DNA of 64,000 bases from Verrucomicrobiota bacterium (GCA_016222825.1 JACRQF010000005.1:73511-137510), one strand, 5' to 3'. Counted from the first letter of the stretch, positions 1 to 8,706 are shown. Made by a program: numbers and translations. The notes: a model not told the origin generated them from the sequence alone.

Positions 1-173
1 TCTCCGCGGCGCAACTGACCCAAAAGATCCGCGAACTGGTCGGGAGCAATCCGTCCCGAAAGCAACATCGCCCCGCCGTTGATTCCATCTCCCCTGTTCA
101 GCCCGGCTCCACAACCACCCGGATAAGTTCATGGCTGAACAAAATGAAGAAGCTCCTGAGCGGCCAAGGCTGA
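1..173 (+). CDS. Possible 3' end of an upstream gene running off the window start (frame 3 reads ...AAQLTQKIRELVGSNPSRKQHRPAVDSISPVQPGSTTTRISSWLNKMKKLLSGQG*)
   Basis: Manual translation gives an open frame from the window edge to a stop near 171. It has no recognisable family and is shorter than the ORF-track threshold. Confidence 0.2.
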   Translation, partial: SAAQLTQKIRELVGSNPSRKQHRPAVDSISPVQPGSTTTRISSWLNKMKKLLSGQG

Positions 174-269
174 TTTCCCACTGGTGCAGGTTCAGAACAT
201 AGGTAACAGGTCAGGTTCAATACATGGGTAACACTCAACGAGGGCATGGCGAGCGAGTAAGCTGGAGCC

Positions 270-1408
270 ATGCCTTGGAAAACGAGTGGACCTATGGAAC
301 AACGAATGGAGTTTGCGCTGAAGGCGCTGCGAACGCTGAACTTTCGAGAACTATGCCGGGAGTATGGGATCAGCACCAAGACCGGTTACAAGTGGCGGCA
401 GCGAATGTTGGAGCACGGCCTGTCGGGCATGAACGAGGTGAGCCGGCGGCCCCATGAACATCCGCACGAGTTGGCCGAAGCGGTGGTGTGTGAGATGGTG
501 CGCTTGAAGCAGGCGCATCCGCATTGGGGGCCGCGGAAGATCCGAGTGCTCTACGCCCGTCAACACGGTGTCGAGGCATTGCCCAGCGAGAGCAGTTTCA
601 AGCGGGTGCTCTTGCGGGCGGGGTTGACGGTGCCGCGGCGGCTGCGCCGCTCGTCGGAGAGCGGGCGGTTAAGCCAAGGGCTGAAAGCGCAGCAGCCCAA
701 CGAGGTGTGGACGGTGGACTTCAAAGGGTGGTGGAAGGATCGGGAGGGGCTGCGGGTGGAACCGCTGACGGTGCGGGATGAATACAGCCGGATGCTGTTG
801 GAGATGCGGGCGATGGAGAACGGGCGCACGGAGTCGGTGCGGGCCTGTTTTGAGCGGTTATTCGAGCGATACGGGCTGCCCGGGGCCATTCGCAGCGACA
901 ACGGCTCACCGTTTGCCAGTGCCAACGGACTGTTGGGGTTGAGCCGGCTGTCGGCGTGGTGGCTGGCGCTGGGCATCGATCTGGAGCGGAGCCGGCCGGG
1001 CTGTCCACAGGACAACGGGGCGCATGAACGGATGCACCGGGATGTGCGGCGGGAGTTGCAGGCGGGGCGAATCGGGCGCGACCAGACGGCGTTTGATCTC
1101 TGGCGGGAACAATACAACCACGAGCGGCCGCATGAAGCGTTGGGGATGCGGGTGCCGGCGGAAGTTTACCGGCCCTCAGCGCGAGCGTATGAAGGCACGC
1201 CGGAGGACTTGGACTACGGCGGGATGGAAAAATGCGTCGGGTCAAACGCAAGAGCGGGGCAATCTTCTATCGGAATGAAAAGATCCTCATCTCGGCAGCC
1301 TTGGCCGATTGGTCGGTGGGACTGAGCACGCGTGAAGATGGTTGGGTGGAGGTGTGGTTCGGGGCCGGCATCTTCGTGATCCGCCAAGACGACTTAATGA
1401 CCCGTTAA
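270..1408 (+). mobile_element. IS481-family (rve integrase-core, DDE) transposase, apparently disrupted by a -1 indel in an A5 run near 1227-1231
   Basis: The 351-aa ORF has an N-terminal HTH and an rve-core region typical of IS481 (HEALGMRVPAEVY, LDYGG). The expected C-terminus (MRRVKRKSGAIFYRNEKILISAALADWSVGLSTREDGWVEVWFGAGIFVI) continues in another frame starting at about 1232. Imperfect direct repeats (CCAAGACGACTTAATGA / GCAAAGACGACTTAGCG / GCCAAGACATCTTAACGA) at 1383-1465 look like subterminal transposase-binding repeats. I could not define the terminal IRs. Confidence 0.75.
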
Positions 1409-1496
1409 GGGACTAAACGCTCCGCAAAGACGACTTAGCGCATTGCCAAGACATCTTAACGATCCTGAAAGATGCCGCCCCGCCCGCCCATCCCCA

Positions 1497-1610
1497 AAAC
1501 GATGTCCAAGGCCCTACTTCCTCTTCGCGGGCTTCTTCTGGGCGGGCTTCTTGGTGCTCTTGTTGCGTTTGGCGCTGGGGGCGAAGGCTTTGCGCGGGCG
1601 GCTTGTCACT
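1497..1610 (-). repeat. Orphan, diverged duplicate of the lysine-rich 3' tail-coding region of sucD (encodes ...RPRKAFAPSAKRNKSTKKPAQKKPAKRK*)
   Basis: By eye it is roughly 85% identical at the DNA level to 2359-2470. The terminal codons and stop (AKRK*) are identical, and there is no gene body upstream of it. Confidence 0.6.
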
Positions 1611-1614
1611 TCCG

Positions 1615-1957
1615 TCACACCGGCGGCAGGATTCTTTCCAATTCAGCAATGAGCGGCGGCAAGTCCTCGCGGACGGTGCTCCACACAATGTCGTGGTCCA
1701 CAATATCGTAACCGTGGATGAGGCGGTTGCGCATGGCAACGATCTGCGGCCACGGAATGGCCGGATATTGTTGCCGGACTTCCTCGGGCAGCCGCGCCGC
1801 CGCTTCGCCCACAATCTCCAGACAACGGGCCACGGCCAACCCAATGGCGCGGTCGTTGTCGAGATCCGCGCGAGAACGGCCCCCCGGTCAGCGCGACGGC
1901 TTCCCGCGCGTATTCCAGCATGTGGCGCAACCGGACTTGTGGATCATGCCGCGACAT
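1615..1957 (-). pseudogene. hepT: HepT-like HEPN toxin (DUF86) of a HepT/MntA pair, split across two frames by one extra G in a G6 homopolymer (C6 on plus strand at 1881-1886)
   Basis: The N-terminal part (ORF 1643..1957) reads MSRHDPQVRLRHMLEYAREAVALTGG. The C-terminal part (ORF 1615..1839) reads ...RCLEIVGEAAARLPEEVRQQYPAIPWPQIVAMRNRLIHGYDIVDHDIVW, with the RNxLIHGY HEPN motif. Manual translation shows the two frames join if the G-run is one base shorter. The start overlaps mntA by 14 nt. Confidence 0.7.
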
Positions 1958-2258
1958 AAACCGGCTCGGCTTCGGCCAGGACCTCGTCGCGGAAGAATCG
2001 GCTCAGGCAGAGCGGCGTGTTGAGGTCCACCTTGCGCCCGCCGAGAAGTCTGGACAGCTCCAGTTCCATCCCCGCCAGGCGGATCAAACCGGGCGTGTGT
2101 CCCGGCTCGAATTCCACCAGCACGTCCAAGTCGCTGTCGGCGCGGAAATCCTTGCGCAGCGCGGAGCCGAACACCGACAGCTTGCGGATGTGGTGCTGCC
2201 GGCAAAACTCCGCCGTCGCCTCCCGCGGCAAACTCACTTGAAGATGGCTCATCTTCAT
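1944..2258 (-). CDS. mntA: MntA-like minimal nucleotidyltransferase (antitoxin/AMPylase partner of HepT)
   Basis: The 104-aa ORF carries the NTase motif FGSALRKDFRADSDLDVLVEF (GS...D.D). It lies immediately upstream of hepT and overlaps it, a canonical MNT-HEPN operon arrangement. Confidence 0.75.
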   Translation of the reverse strand: MKMSHLQVSLPREATAEFCRQHHIRKLSVFGSALRKDFRADSDLDVLVEFEPGHTPGLIRLAGMELELSRLLGGRKVDLNTPLCLSRFFRDEVLAEAEPVYVAA

Positions 2259-2358
2259 CGCCTCCAGATTCTCCTAGGAATGCCCGGAGAAGTCAAACCG
2301 GCAGCCGGCGCTTCTTTCGGGCGTTCCAAAACGTCCGCCCCGTCACTCATCACTTGCT

Positions 2359-3339
2359 CTACTTCCTCTTCGCTGGCTTCTTGGCGGCGGGCTTCTTGAC
2401 GCTCTTGGCGCGCTTGGCGCTGGGGGCGGAGGCTTTGCGCGGGCGGGCGCGCTGGCGGCTCTTCAGGAGTGCGACGAGCGTCTCACCGATGACGGCGGGG
2501 GTCTCGGCCACGGCAATGCCCGCGGCGCGCAGGGCCTCGATCTTCGCCGCGGCGGTGCCTTTGCCGCCGCTGATGACGGCGCCGGCGTGGCCCATGCGGC
2601 GGCCCGGAGGCGCGGTCATGCCCGCGATGTAGGCGACGACGGGCTTTTTGCAATGCTCGCCGATCCACGCGGCGGCTTCTTCCTCGGCGCTGCCGCCGAT
2701 CTCGCCGATGAGGACGATGGCGTCGGTGGCGGGGTCGTTGTTGAAGAGCCGCACGGCTTCGAGATGGCTGGTGCCATTGACGGGGTCGCCGCCGATGCCG
2801 ATGCAGGTGCTCTGGCCGACGCCGCGGGTGGTGAGCTGCCAGACGGCCTCGTAGGTGAGCGTGCCGCTGCGGCTGACGACGCCGACGCTGCCGGGCTTGT
2901 GGATGTAGCCGGGCATGATGCCGATCTTGCACTGGCCGGGCGTGATGATGCCGGGGCAGTTCGGGCCGATGAGCCGCGTGCTCTTCTTCCCGGCGAGGAC
3001 GCGCTTGACCCTCACCATGTCGTTGACCGGGATGCCCTCGGTGATGCAGACGATGAGGGGGATGCCGGCGTCCGCCGCTTCGAGAATGGCGTCCGCCGCG
3101 AACGGCGCGGGCACGAAGATGCAGGTGGCGTTGGCGCCGGTCTGCCGCACGGCCTCGGCGCAGGTGTCGAAGACGGGCATCTTGACGCCGTCGAGGTCCA
3201 CCTCGCCCGCGCGGCCGGGCGTGACGCCGCCGACGACGTTGCCGGCGTATTTGTGGCAATGGGTGGCGTGAAACTTGCCGGCCGAGCCGGTGATGCCTTG
3301 GAAGATGACGCGGGTGTTTTTGTCAACGAGGATGCTCAT
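2359..3339 (-). CDS. sucD: Succinyl-CoA synthetase alpha subunit with an unusual ~35-aa lysine/alanine/proline-rich (histone H1-like) C-terminal extension
   Basis: Full-length SucD similarity ([25 protein letters not shown]...[21 protein letters not shown]). The tail is [34 protein letters not shown]. Confidence 0.92.
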   Translation of the reverse strand: MSILVDKNTRVIFQGITGSAGKFHATHCHKYAGNVVGGVTPGRAGEVDLDGVKMPVFDTCAEAVRQTGANATCIFVPAPFAADAILEAADAGIPLIVCITEGIPVNDMVRVKRVLAGKKSTRLIGPNCPGIITPGQCKIGIMPGYIHKPGSVGVVSRSGTLTYEAVWQLTTRGVGQSTCIGIGGDPVNGTSHLEAVRLFNNDPATDAIVLIGEIGGSAEEEAAAWIGEHCKKPVVAYIAGMTAPPGRRMGHAGAVISGGKGTAAAKIEALRAAGIAVAETPAVIGETLVALLKSRQRARPRKASAPSAKRAKSVKKPAAKKPAKRK

Positions 3340-3497
3340 GGGTGATGAATGGAAATTGGTGATTGGTAATCGGTGATTGGTGACTGGTGTCTGGTGGATG
3401 GTGACTCATAAACTGCTGGCGAGTAATTGGCAGCTTGTTCTTCTCGATACGTTCCATTCCAGATTACCAATTACCAATCACCAGTTACCAATCACAC
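3340..3497. repeat. Heptad-array hairpin element, copy 1: about 10 tandem heptamers (consensus NNYTGGT/GGTRAYY) followed by a ~50-nt spacer and the inverted heptamer array
   Basis: Left arm 3340-3409 (GGGTGAT GAATGGA AATTGGT GATTGGT AATCGGT GATTGGT GACTGGT GTCTGGT GGATGGT). Right arm 3459-3495 (AGATTACC AATTACC AATCACC AGTTACC AATCAC). It fills the sucD/sucC intergenic space and overlaps the sucC stop codon. Confidence 0.7.
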
Positions 3498-4685
3498 GCC
3501 CCGCGCCGCGCGGACGACTTTCTCCGCCGCGTCGGCCATGCCGGTGGCGGTGATGATCGGCAGGCCGCTCTCCTGCAACATCTTCTTGCCGAGTTCGACG
3601 TTGGTGCCTTCGAGCCGCACCACGAGCGGCACGGGGATGTGCACGGCCTTCGCGGCGGCGATGATGCCCGCGGCGAGCACGTCGCACTTCATGATGCCCC
3701 CGAAGATGTTCACGAGCAGCGCCTTCACGTTCTTGTCACTGCACAGGAGCTTGAACGCCGCCGTCACCTGCTCCACGCTCGCGCCGCCGCCGACATCGAG
3801 GAAGTTCGCCGGGCTGCCCCCGTAATGCTTGATGATGTCCATCGTCGCCATCGCGAGCCCCGCGCCGTTGACCATGCAGCCGATGTCGCCGTCGAGGCCG
3901 ATGTAGTTCAGGTCGTGCTTGCTCGCCTCCACGTCGCGCGGGTCTTCCTCGTTCGGGTCGCGCATCGCGGCGATGTCGGGATGCCGGAAGAGCGCGTTGT
4001 CGTCGAAGTTGAACTTCGCGTCCAGCGGGAAGACGGAGACCTTGCCGGCCGGGTCCGCCGCGACCGCCAGCGGGTTGATCTCCACCAGCGAGCAATCGCA
4101 CTCCCAGAAGATGCGGTAGATGTTCAGCATCAACTTCGTGCCCGCAGTGGCGAGGTCGCCACTGAGGCCGAGCGCCTTGCAGAGTTTGCGCGCCTGGAAC
4201 GGCATCATGCCGAGCGCGGGATCAATGATCTCCCTCACGATCTTCTCCGGCGTCTTCGCCGCCACCGTCTCGATATCCATGCCGCCTTCGGTGCTCGCGA
4301 TGACCACCGGCCGCGACACCGTGCGGTCCAGCAGCACCGCGAAATACAGCTCCCGCTGCACCTTCATGACGCTGGTGACGAGCACGCTGCGCACGACGCG
4401 GCCCTGCGGCCCCGTCTGGTGCGTCACGAGCGTCTTGCCGATCAGCTCGCGCGTGACGGCGGCGCATTCCTCGCGGGACTTGGCGAACTTCACGCCGCCG
4501 GCCTTCCCGCGACCGCCCGCGTGGATCTGCGCCTTGATGACGACCTGCGTGTCGGGTCCGTGCGCCGCGACGATCTCGTCGTAACGCGCCACCGCTTCGT
4601 CGGGCGTGCGGGCCACGCCGCCTGTCTCGACCGGGACGCCAAATCGCTTGAACAACTCCTTAGCCTGATATTCGTGGATATTCAT
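3492..4685 (-). CDS. sucC: Succinyl-CoA synthetase beta subunit
   Basis: [19 protein letters not shown]... ATP-grasp SucC. The ATG lies 3 codons inside the ORF-track start, which begins with TTG. Confidence 0.93.
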   Translation of the reverse strand: MNIHEYQAKELFKRFGVPVETGGVARTPDEAVARYDEIVAAHGPDTQVVIKAQIHAGGRGKAGGVKFAKSREECAAVTRELIGKTLVTHQTGPQGRVVRSVLVTSVMKVQRELYFAVLLDRTVSRPVVIASTEGGMDIETVAAKTPEKIVREIIDPALGMMPFQARKLCKALGLSGDLATAGTKLMLNIYRIFWECDCSLVEINPLAVAADPAGKVSVFPLDAKFNFDDNALFRHPDIAAMRDPNEEDPRDVEASKHDLNYIGLDGDIGCMVNGAGLAMATMDIIKHYGGSPANFLDVGGGASVEQVTAAFKLLCSDKNVKALLVNIFGGIMKCDVLAAGIIAAAKAVHIPVPLVVRLEGTNVELGKKMLQESGLPIITATGMADAAEKVVRAARGV

Positions 4686-4777
4686 CGGTTCCAAAAACGC
4701 AACTGCGCGGCGTCTTCAAGCGTCGCGCAGAACGCAGCGAATGTAACACAGCGCGCCAAAGCCGCAACCCAAGGTTG

Positions 4778-4810
4778 AAAAAAGGCCCGCGCATTGCTGC
4801 GCGGGCCTTC
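4778..4810 (-). terminator. Rho-independent terminator downstream of the class I aldolase gene
   Basis: The minus strand reads GGCCCGCGCAGCAATGCGCGGGCC followed by TTTTTT, a GC-rich 10-bp stem plus U-tract about 35 nt after the stop at 4843. Confidence 0.6.
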
Positions 4811-4842
4811 TCGTTTGCGAATGGTTCGCTGGCGACGACCGG

Positions 4843-5721
4843 TTACTTCTTGTTCTTGATCGTCTGGTAGAGGTCGAACGCTTCCTTCGGCTTCATGTTG
4901 TCGTGCACGACGCCGCGCACGGCCTGGATCATCGCCACGGGATGTTCGGCCTGGAAGACGTTGCGGCCCATGTCCATGCCCGCCGCGCCTTGGTCAATCG
5001 CCTCGTAAGCCATCTGGAGCGCTTCGAGTTCGGGCAGTTTCTTGCCGCCGGCGACAACGATCGGCACGGGGCACGCCGCGGCGACTTTCTCGAAGCCGGG
5101 GCTGCAATAGTAGGTCTTCACGACATGCGCGCCGTTCTCCGCCACCACGCGCGTCGCGAGGCCGAGGTAACGCGCGTCGCGCACCAGTTCCTTGCCGACG
5201 GCGTTCACGCCGAGCGTCGGGATGCCCATGCGGTTGCCGGCGTCAATCAGTTGCGTGAGGTTGCGCATCGTCAGCGCCTCGAACTTCCCGCCGATGGCCA
5301 CCATCGCGGCCATGAGGCAGGCGTTGAGCCGCACCGATTCCTCGATGTCCATGACGCACTCGTCGTTGAGGTCGGTCAGGATGGTCGAGCCGGCCGACAC
5401 GCGCAGGGCGATCGGCTTGTTCGACGTCGGCGGCACGATCTGCCGCAACGCGCCGCGCGTGCACATGAGGCAGTCGGCGTAGGGGATCAACGGCGTGATG
5501 GTCAGGTCCATCCGCTCCAGGCCGGAGGTCGGGCCCATGATGTAGCCGTGATCGAACGCCAGCATGACGGTGCGGCCGCTCTTGGGGTTGAAGACGCGCG
5601 AGAGGCGGTCTTTCATGCCCCAATCGAGATGTCCGAGGCCCTTGAGGAAAAATCCTTCCGTCTTTTGCGGCACGCCAATGCCGTAGTCCTTGGCTTCCTG
5701 ATTTCCTGCTGCTTCTGCCAT
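4843..5721 (-). CDS. Class I (Schiff-base, DhnA/FbaB/DeoC-fold) fructose-bisphosphate aldolase family protein
   Basis: 293 aa from MAEAAGNQEAKDYGIGVPQKTEGFFLKGLGHLDWGMKDRLSRVF...; similarity to DhnA-type aldolases. The ORF track extends upstream through the repeat element, but the real start is M32. Confidence 0.75.
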   Translation of the reverse strand: MAEAAGNQEAKDYGIGVPQKTEGFFLKGLGHLDWGMKDRLSRVFNPKSGRTVMLAFDHGYIMGPTSGLERMDLTITPLIPYADCLMCTRGALRQIVPPTSNKPIALRVSAGSTILTDLNDECVMDIEESVRLNACLMAAMVAIGGKFEALTMRNLTQLIDAGNRMGIPTLGVNAVGKELVRDARYLGLATRVVAENGAHVVKTYYCSPGFEKVAAACPVPIVVAGGKKLPELEALQMAYEAIDQGAAGMDMGRNVFQAEHPVAMIQAVRGVVHDNMKPKEAFDLYQTIKNKK

Positions 5722-5732
5722 GATGTTTGTTC

Positions 5733-5873
5733 CTTTCGTGATTGGTGATTTGAAAATTGGTGACTGGTAATTGGTAATCGGTGATTCGTAACCCGTCAGA
5801 CTATTCGTTTGCAACGCATATCGGCCGACGCATCACGAATCACCAATCACCAGTTACCACTTACGAACCCACT
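5733..5873. repeat. Heptad-array hairpin element, copy 2 (GGTGATT/GGTAATC units)
   Basis: Left arm 5736-5795 (TCGTGATTGGTGATTTGAAAATTGGTGACTGGTAATTGGTAATCGGTGATTCGTAACCCG). Right arm 5829-5870 (CATCACGAATCACCAATCACCAGTTACCACTTACGAACCC). It sits between dhaL and the aldolase gene. Confidence 0.7.
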
Positions 5874-6496
5874 GCTTCTGCGAACGCCGTGAAAATGTGC
5901 GAGATGGATGTCGCGCCGGGATCGGCGTGGCCGCGCGTGCGGTCGCCGAGATTGCGGGCGCGGCCGAACTTCGCGACCATCTCCTTCGTTGCCTGTGCGC
6001 CGCGTGTCGCCGCGTCCGCGGCCTGCCGCAACGCCGCCGTGACATCCGCGCCGCCGTTGGCCGCCGCGCGCAACGCCTCCACCGCCGGCACGAGCGCGTC
6101 AATCATCGTCTTGTCGCCCGGCTGCGCCTTCGTCTGCTGCCGCAAGCCCGCGACGCCGGCCTCGAACATCGCCGCCGTCGCCTTTGCGTCCAGTTCTGCC
6201 GAGCTGCCCGCGCCTTCGCTCAAGCCGATGAAGAACGAGCCGAGCAACGGGCTGGTGGAACCGCCGTCCACGCTCATCACGTCCCAGCCGACCTTGTTGA
6301 GCAACTCCGTGATCTTGCCGCTCGTGTCGCCTTTCGCGGCGGTTTCGGCGGCGTCCATGACGCGGCAGATGGTCGTGCCGTGGTCTCCGTCGCCGGTGGC
6401 GGAATCGAGCGCCGAGAGGTCCTTCTCGTTCGCACGGATTCGCGCCGCCGCGGCGGCGATCATCTTAACAACGGTGTTGGTGCCGATAGTCTGCAT
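5861..6496 (-). CDS. dhaL: Dihydroxyacetone kinase subunit L (ADP-binding)
   Basis: ...DSATGDGDHGTTICRVM... DhaL signature. It lies downstream of dhaK. Confidence 0.85.
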   Translation of the reverse strand: MQTIGTNTVVKMIAAAAARIRANEKDLSALDSATGDGDHGTTICRVMDAAETAAKGDTSGKITELLNKVGWDVMSVDGGSTSPLLGSFFIGLSEGAGSSAELDAKATAAMFEAGVAGLRQQTKAQPGDKTMIDALVPAVEALRAAANGGADVTAALRQAADAATRGAQATKEMVAKFGRARNLGDRTRGHADPGATSISHIFTAFAEAVGS

Positions 6497-6595
6497 GGTT
6501 CGTGGCTCGTGATTCGTGATTTGTGACTCGTGATTCGTGGCTCGGATTACGGATTACGAATCACGAGTTACGAGTTACGGATTACGCATTACCTG
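6497..6595. repeat. Heptad-array hairpin element, copy 3 (CGTGATT/CGTGACT variant, essentially no loop)
   Basis: GGTTCGTGGCTCGTGATTCGTGATTTGTGACTCGTGATTCGTGGCTCGG followed directly by ATTACGGATTACGAATCACGAGTTACGAGTTACGGATTACGCATTACC. It occupies the 92-bp dhaK/dhaL gap and overlaps the dhaK stop. Confidence 0.7.
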
Positions 6596-7590
6596 ACCGT
6601 CATATACGGCGTATCGCACGGCGCGTCCCAATACTTCAGCAGCTCGTCGTCCATCTTCGCGACGAACATCTGGAAGCCGCCCATCTCCTGCACCGTCAGG
6701 AACTCGCCGACGCGGGCGCGCGCCAACACGATGCCCTTCTGCGCCAGCACCTTCCCGACGCCGCGCATGATGATGAACTGCTCCATCAGCGTCGTCGCGC
6801 CGGCGCCGTTGATGATCACCAGCACCTTGTCGCCCGCCTTGGCCTTCACCGCTTCGAGCAACTGCGTCACCATGATCGCCGCCGTCTCGTCGGCGCTCTT
6901 CATCTTCGAGCGGCCCGTGCCGGCCTCGCCGTGCTGGCCCATGCCGATCTCCATCTCGTCGTCCGCCAGCGCAAAAATGGACTGCCCGCTGGCCGGATGC
7001 GTCGCCGTCGTCAACGCCACCGCCAGCGTCGCCATGTTGTTGTTGAACCGCTCCGCCAGCGCGAGCACCTCGTCGAGACTCTTGCCGGCTTCGGCGGCGG
7101 CGCCGGCGATCTTGTAAAGCGGGATGCAGCCCACCAGACCGCGGCGGTTCTCGGCGGGAGCGTTCGCGCCGGGCGCAATGTCCTCGTGCGTGAGGATGCT
7201 CTTCACGTTCAGGCCGGCCTTCGTGGCCATCTGCATGGCGATGTTCGAGCTCATCACGTCGCCCGCGTGGTTGAGCACCACCAGCAACGTCCCCGCCGGG
7301 CGGTTGGTCAGCTTCAGCGCGTCGAACACCTTCGGCGCGGCCGGCGCGGCGAAAATGTCGCCGACGACGCTGATGTCGAGCATGCCCTCGCCGACAAACC
7401 CGCTGAGCGCCGGCTCGTGGCCCGCGCCGCCGAGCGTGACCAGCGCCACCTTCGACGGGTCCTTCGGGCGGGCGCGGCAGACGAGCTTCTCGTTCTTCAG
7501 CGCCACCTTGTCGGAGTAGGCGAGGGCAAAGCCCTCCAGCAACTCCGGCGTCAGGTTCTTCGGGTCGTTGATAAATTTCTTCATAACCAT
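6589..7590 (-). CDS. dhaK: Dihydroxyacetone kinase subunit K
   Basis: MKKFINDPKNLTPELLEGFALAYSDKVAL...LVTLGGAGHEPA... DhaK family. Confidence 0.88.
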   Translation of the reverse strand: MVMKKFINDPKNLTPELLEGFALAYSDKVALKNEKLVCRARPKDPSKVALVTLGGAGHEPALSGFVGEGMLDISVVGDIFAAPAAPKVFDALKLTNRPAGTLLVVLNHAGDVMSSNIAMQMATKAGLNVKSILTHEDIAPGANAPAENRRGLVGCIPLYKIAGAAAEAGKSLDEVLALAERFNNNMATLAVALTTATHPASGQSIFALADDEMEIGMGQHGEAGTGRSKMKSADETAAIMVTQLLEAVKAKAGDKVLVIINGAGATTLMEQFIIMRGVGKVLAQKGIVLARARVGEFLTVQEMGGFQMFVAKMDDELLKYWDAPCDTPYMTVR

Positions 7591-7685
7591 GGCTCTTGTT
7601 CTCCTGTGCTAATCGTCTTCCGCGTTGGAAAAATCGCCCGTGTTCTTACAGGGTTCTCCCGCCGATGCCAAGCGCAGTTTCACTA

Positions 7686-7790
7686 GGCGAGTTAAGAGTT
7701 CAGAATTAAGAGTGAAGAATTACGGACGCGGAAAGAGCGCCCTTGGAAGTTTCCGAAACTCTTAACTCTTAACTTTTCACTCTTAACGTC
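7686..7790. repeat. Heptad-array hairpin element, copy 4 (TTAAGAG/TGAAGAA units; same architecture, unrelated heptamer sequence)
   Basis: Left arm 7689-7725 (GAG TTAAGAG TTCAGAA TTAAGAG TGAAGAA TTACGG). Right arm 7753-7787 (CCGAAACTC TTAACTC TTAACTT TTCACTC TTAAC). It lies between the propeller gene stop (7799) and the dhaK start. Confidence 0.55.
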
Positions 7791-7798
7791 CCCTCCCC

Positions 7799-8680
7799 CT
7801 ACCTCTCCCCCGCCATCGCCTTCCCGCTGGCGTCCAGCTTCTGCACGGCCATCATCGTGCCGGCGAGTTTGGGATTCGCCAGACGCCAGACCAGCTTCTT
7901 CTCGCGCGTGATCTCCAGCAGGCCGGTGCCTTCGCCCTTGTCGTAGGCGCGATAACAGCCCGTCACGATGTTCCCGTTCGCCAGCAAGTGCAGGCCGGTC
8001 ATGTTCGTGATCTTCACGCCGGGGATGTCCGTGTTCGCAAACTCCCACACCACCTTCCCCGCCGCGCCGAACTCCAGCAGCTTGCCCAGCGACGAGACCA
8101 GCGTCGTCCCCTTCCCCGTGCGGACGGCGGCAAAGGCCAGATTCGGCGTCTTGAGCTCCAGCACCACGTCGCCCTTCGGCGTGTATTCCTTCACCACGTG
8201 CGCGCCGGAATGGCAGACGAGGTAGTGGCCGCTCTTGAGCTTGCGGACCATGCGCATGTTGTGATGCCCGCCGACCGTGGCCGGCTGGGTCTGCAACTCA
8301 AACACCACCTTCCCCGCCGCATCCACCTCCAACACGCGGCCCGTGGAGTTCTCGCCGATGAGCGTGCGGCCGTTGTCGAGCCGCTGGCAGGAAAAAGCGC
8401 CGCCGCCCTTCTGCTCGGCCGACTTGTATTGGAAGACGACCTTGTGGTCGGGCGTCACCTCCGTCACCGTCGCGCCGTCGGCAAAGAGCACGTTCCCGTT
8501 GGCGAGTCTCCAGGCATCGTGAGTGAGCGCTGTCGGATGCTCCCACTCCACCGCGCCGGCCGCTGACAGAATCATCACCCTCCGGTCGCCCGCCGCGAGC
8601 AACTTCCCGCCAACCTCACCCGTGATGTCCGTCGCGCTGCAAAACGCCGCCGCCCACAAGAACGCCAGAAGTTGTTTCAT
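7799..8680 (-). CDS. Secreted hypothetical protein, probable beta-propeller, with internal AAGKVVWE-type repeats and a C-terminal NPKLAGT motif; paralog of 25483..26424
   Basis: Signal peptide MKQLLAFLWAAAFCSA. Repeated AAGAVEWEH / AAGKVVFEL / AAGKVVWEF. It shares ...WRLANPKLAGT... with the 25483 ORF. Confidence 0.6.
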   Translation of the reverse strand: MKQLLAFLWAAAFCSATDITGEVGGKLLAAGDRRVMILSAAGAVEWEHPTALTHDAWRLANGNVLFADGATVTEVTPDHKVVFQYKSAEQKGGGAFSCQRLDNGRTLIGENSTGRVLEVDAAGKVVFELQTQPATVGGHHNMRMVRKLKSGHYLVCHSGAHVVKEYTPKGDVVLELKTPNLAFAAVRTGKGTTLVSSLGKLLEFGAAGKVVWEFANTDIPGVKITNMTGLHLLANGNIVTGCYRAYDKGEGTGLLEITREKKLVWRLANPKLAGTMMAVQKLDASGKAMAGER

Positions 8681-8706
8681 GATGGCCAGAACTATTCGCT
8701 CTTACC

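Noticed and set aside
1383-1465. Imperfect direct repeats after the IS481 transposase as defined terminal inverted repeats
   Set aside because: I could not find the matching inverted copy near the left end (about 175-265), so element boundaries and IRs are left undefined rather than guessed.
2483-3259. 258-aa arginine-rich ORF, and the 252-aa plus-strand ORF 2587..3345, overlapping sucD
   Set aside because: These are alternative-frame or antisense artefacts of high-GC coding sequence (R/G/A/P-rich, no family similarity). sucD in the other frame has full-length homology.
4695-4775. Possible tRNA or small RNA in the sucC upstream gap; I also scanned other intergenic regions by eye for tRNA cloverleaf sequence
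   Set aside because: No acceptor/T-arm pattern (GTTCxAxTC) or CCA-compatible structure seen; only a terminator hairpin and short palindromes.
3435-4778. 447-aa plus-strand ORF antisense to sucC
   Set aside because: Low-complexity R/A/D/H-rich translation fully embedded opposite a well-supported sucC gene; typical GC-driven shadow ORF.
6523-7686. 387-aa plus-strand ORF antisense to dhaK (and similar shadow ORFs such as 5781..6512, 33398..36112, 59117..61078, 11660..13096, 21130..22185)
   Set aside because: Each lies opposite or out of frame to a gene with clear family similarity and has biased low-complexity composition.
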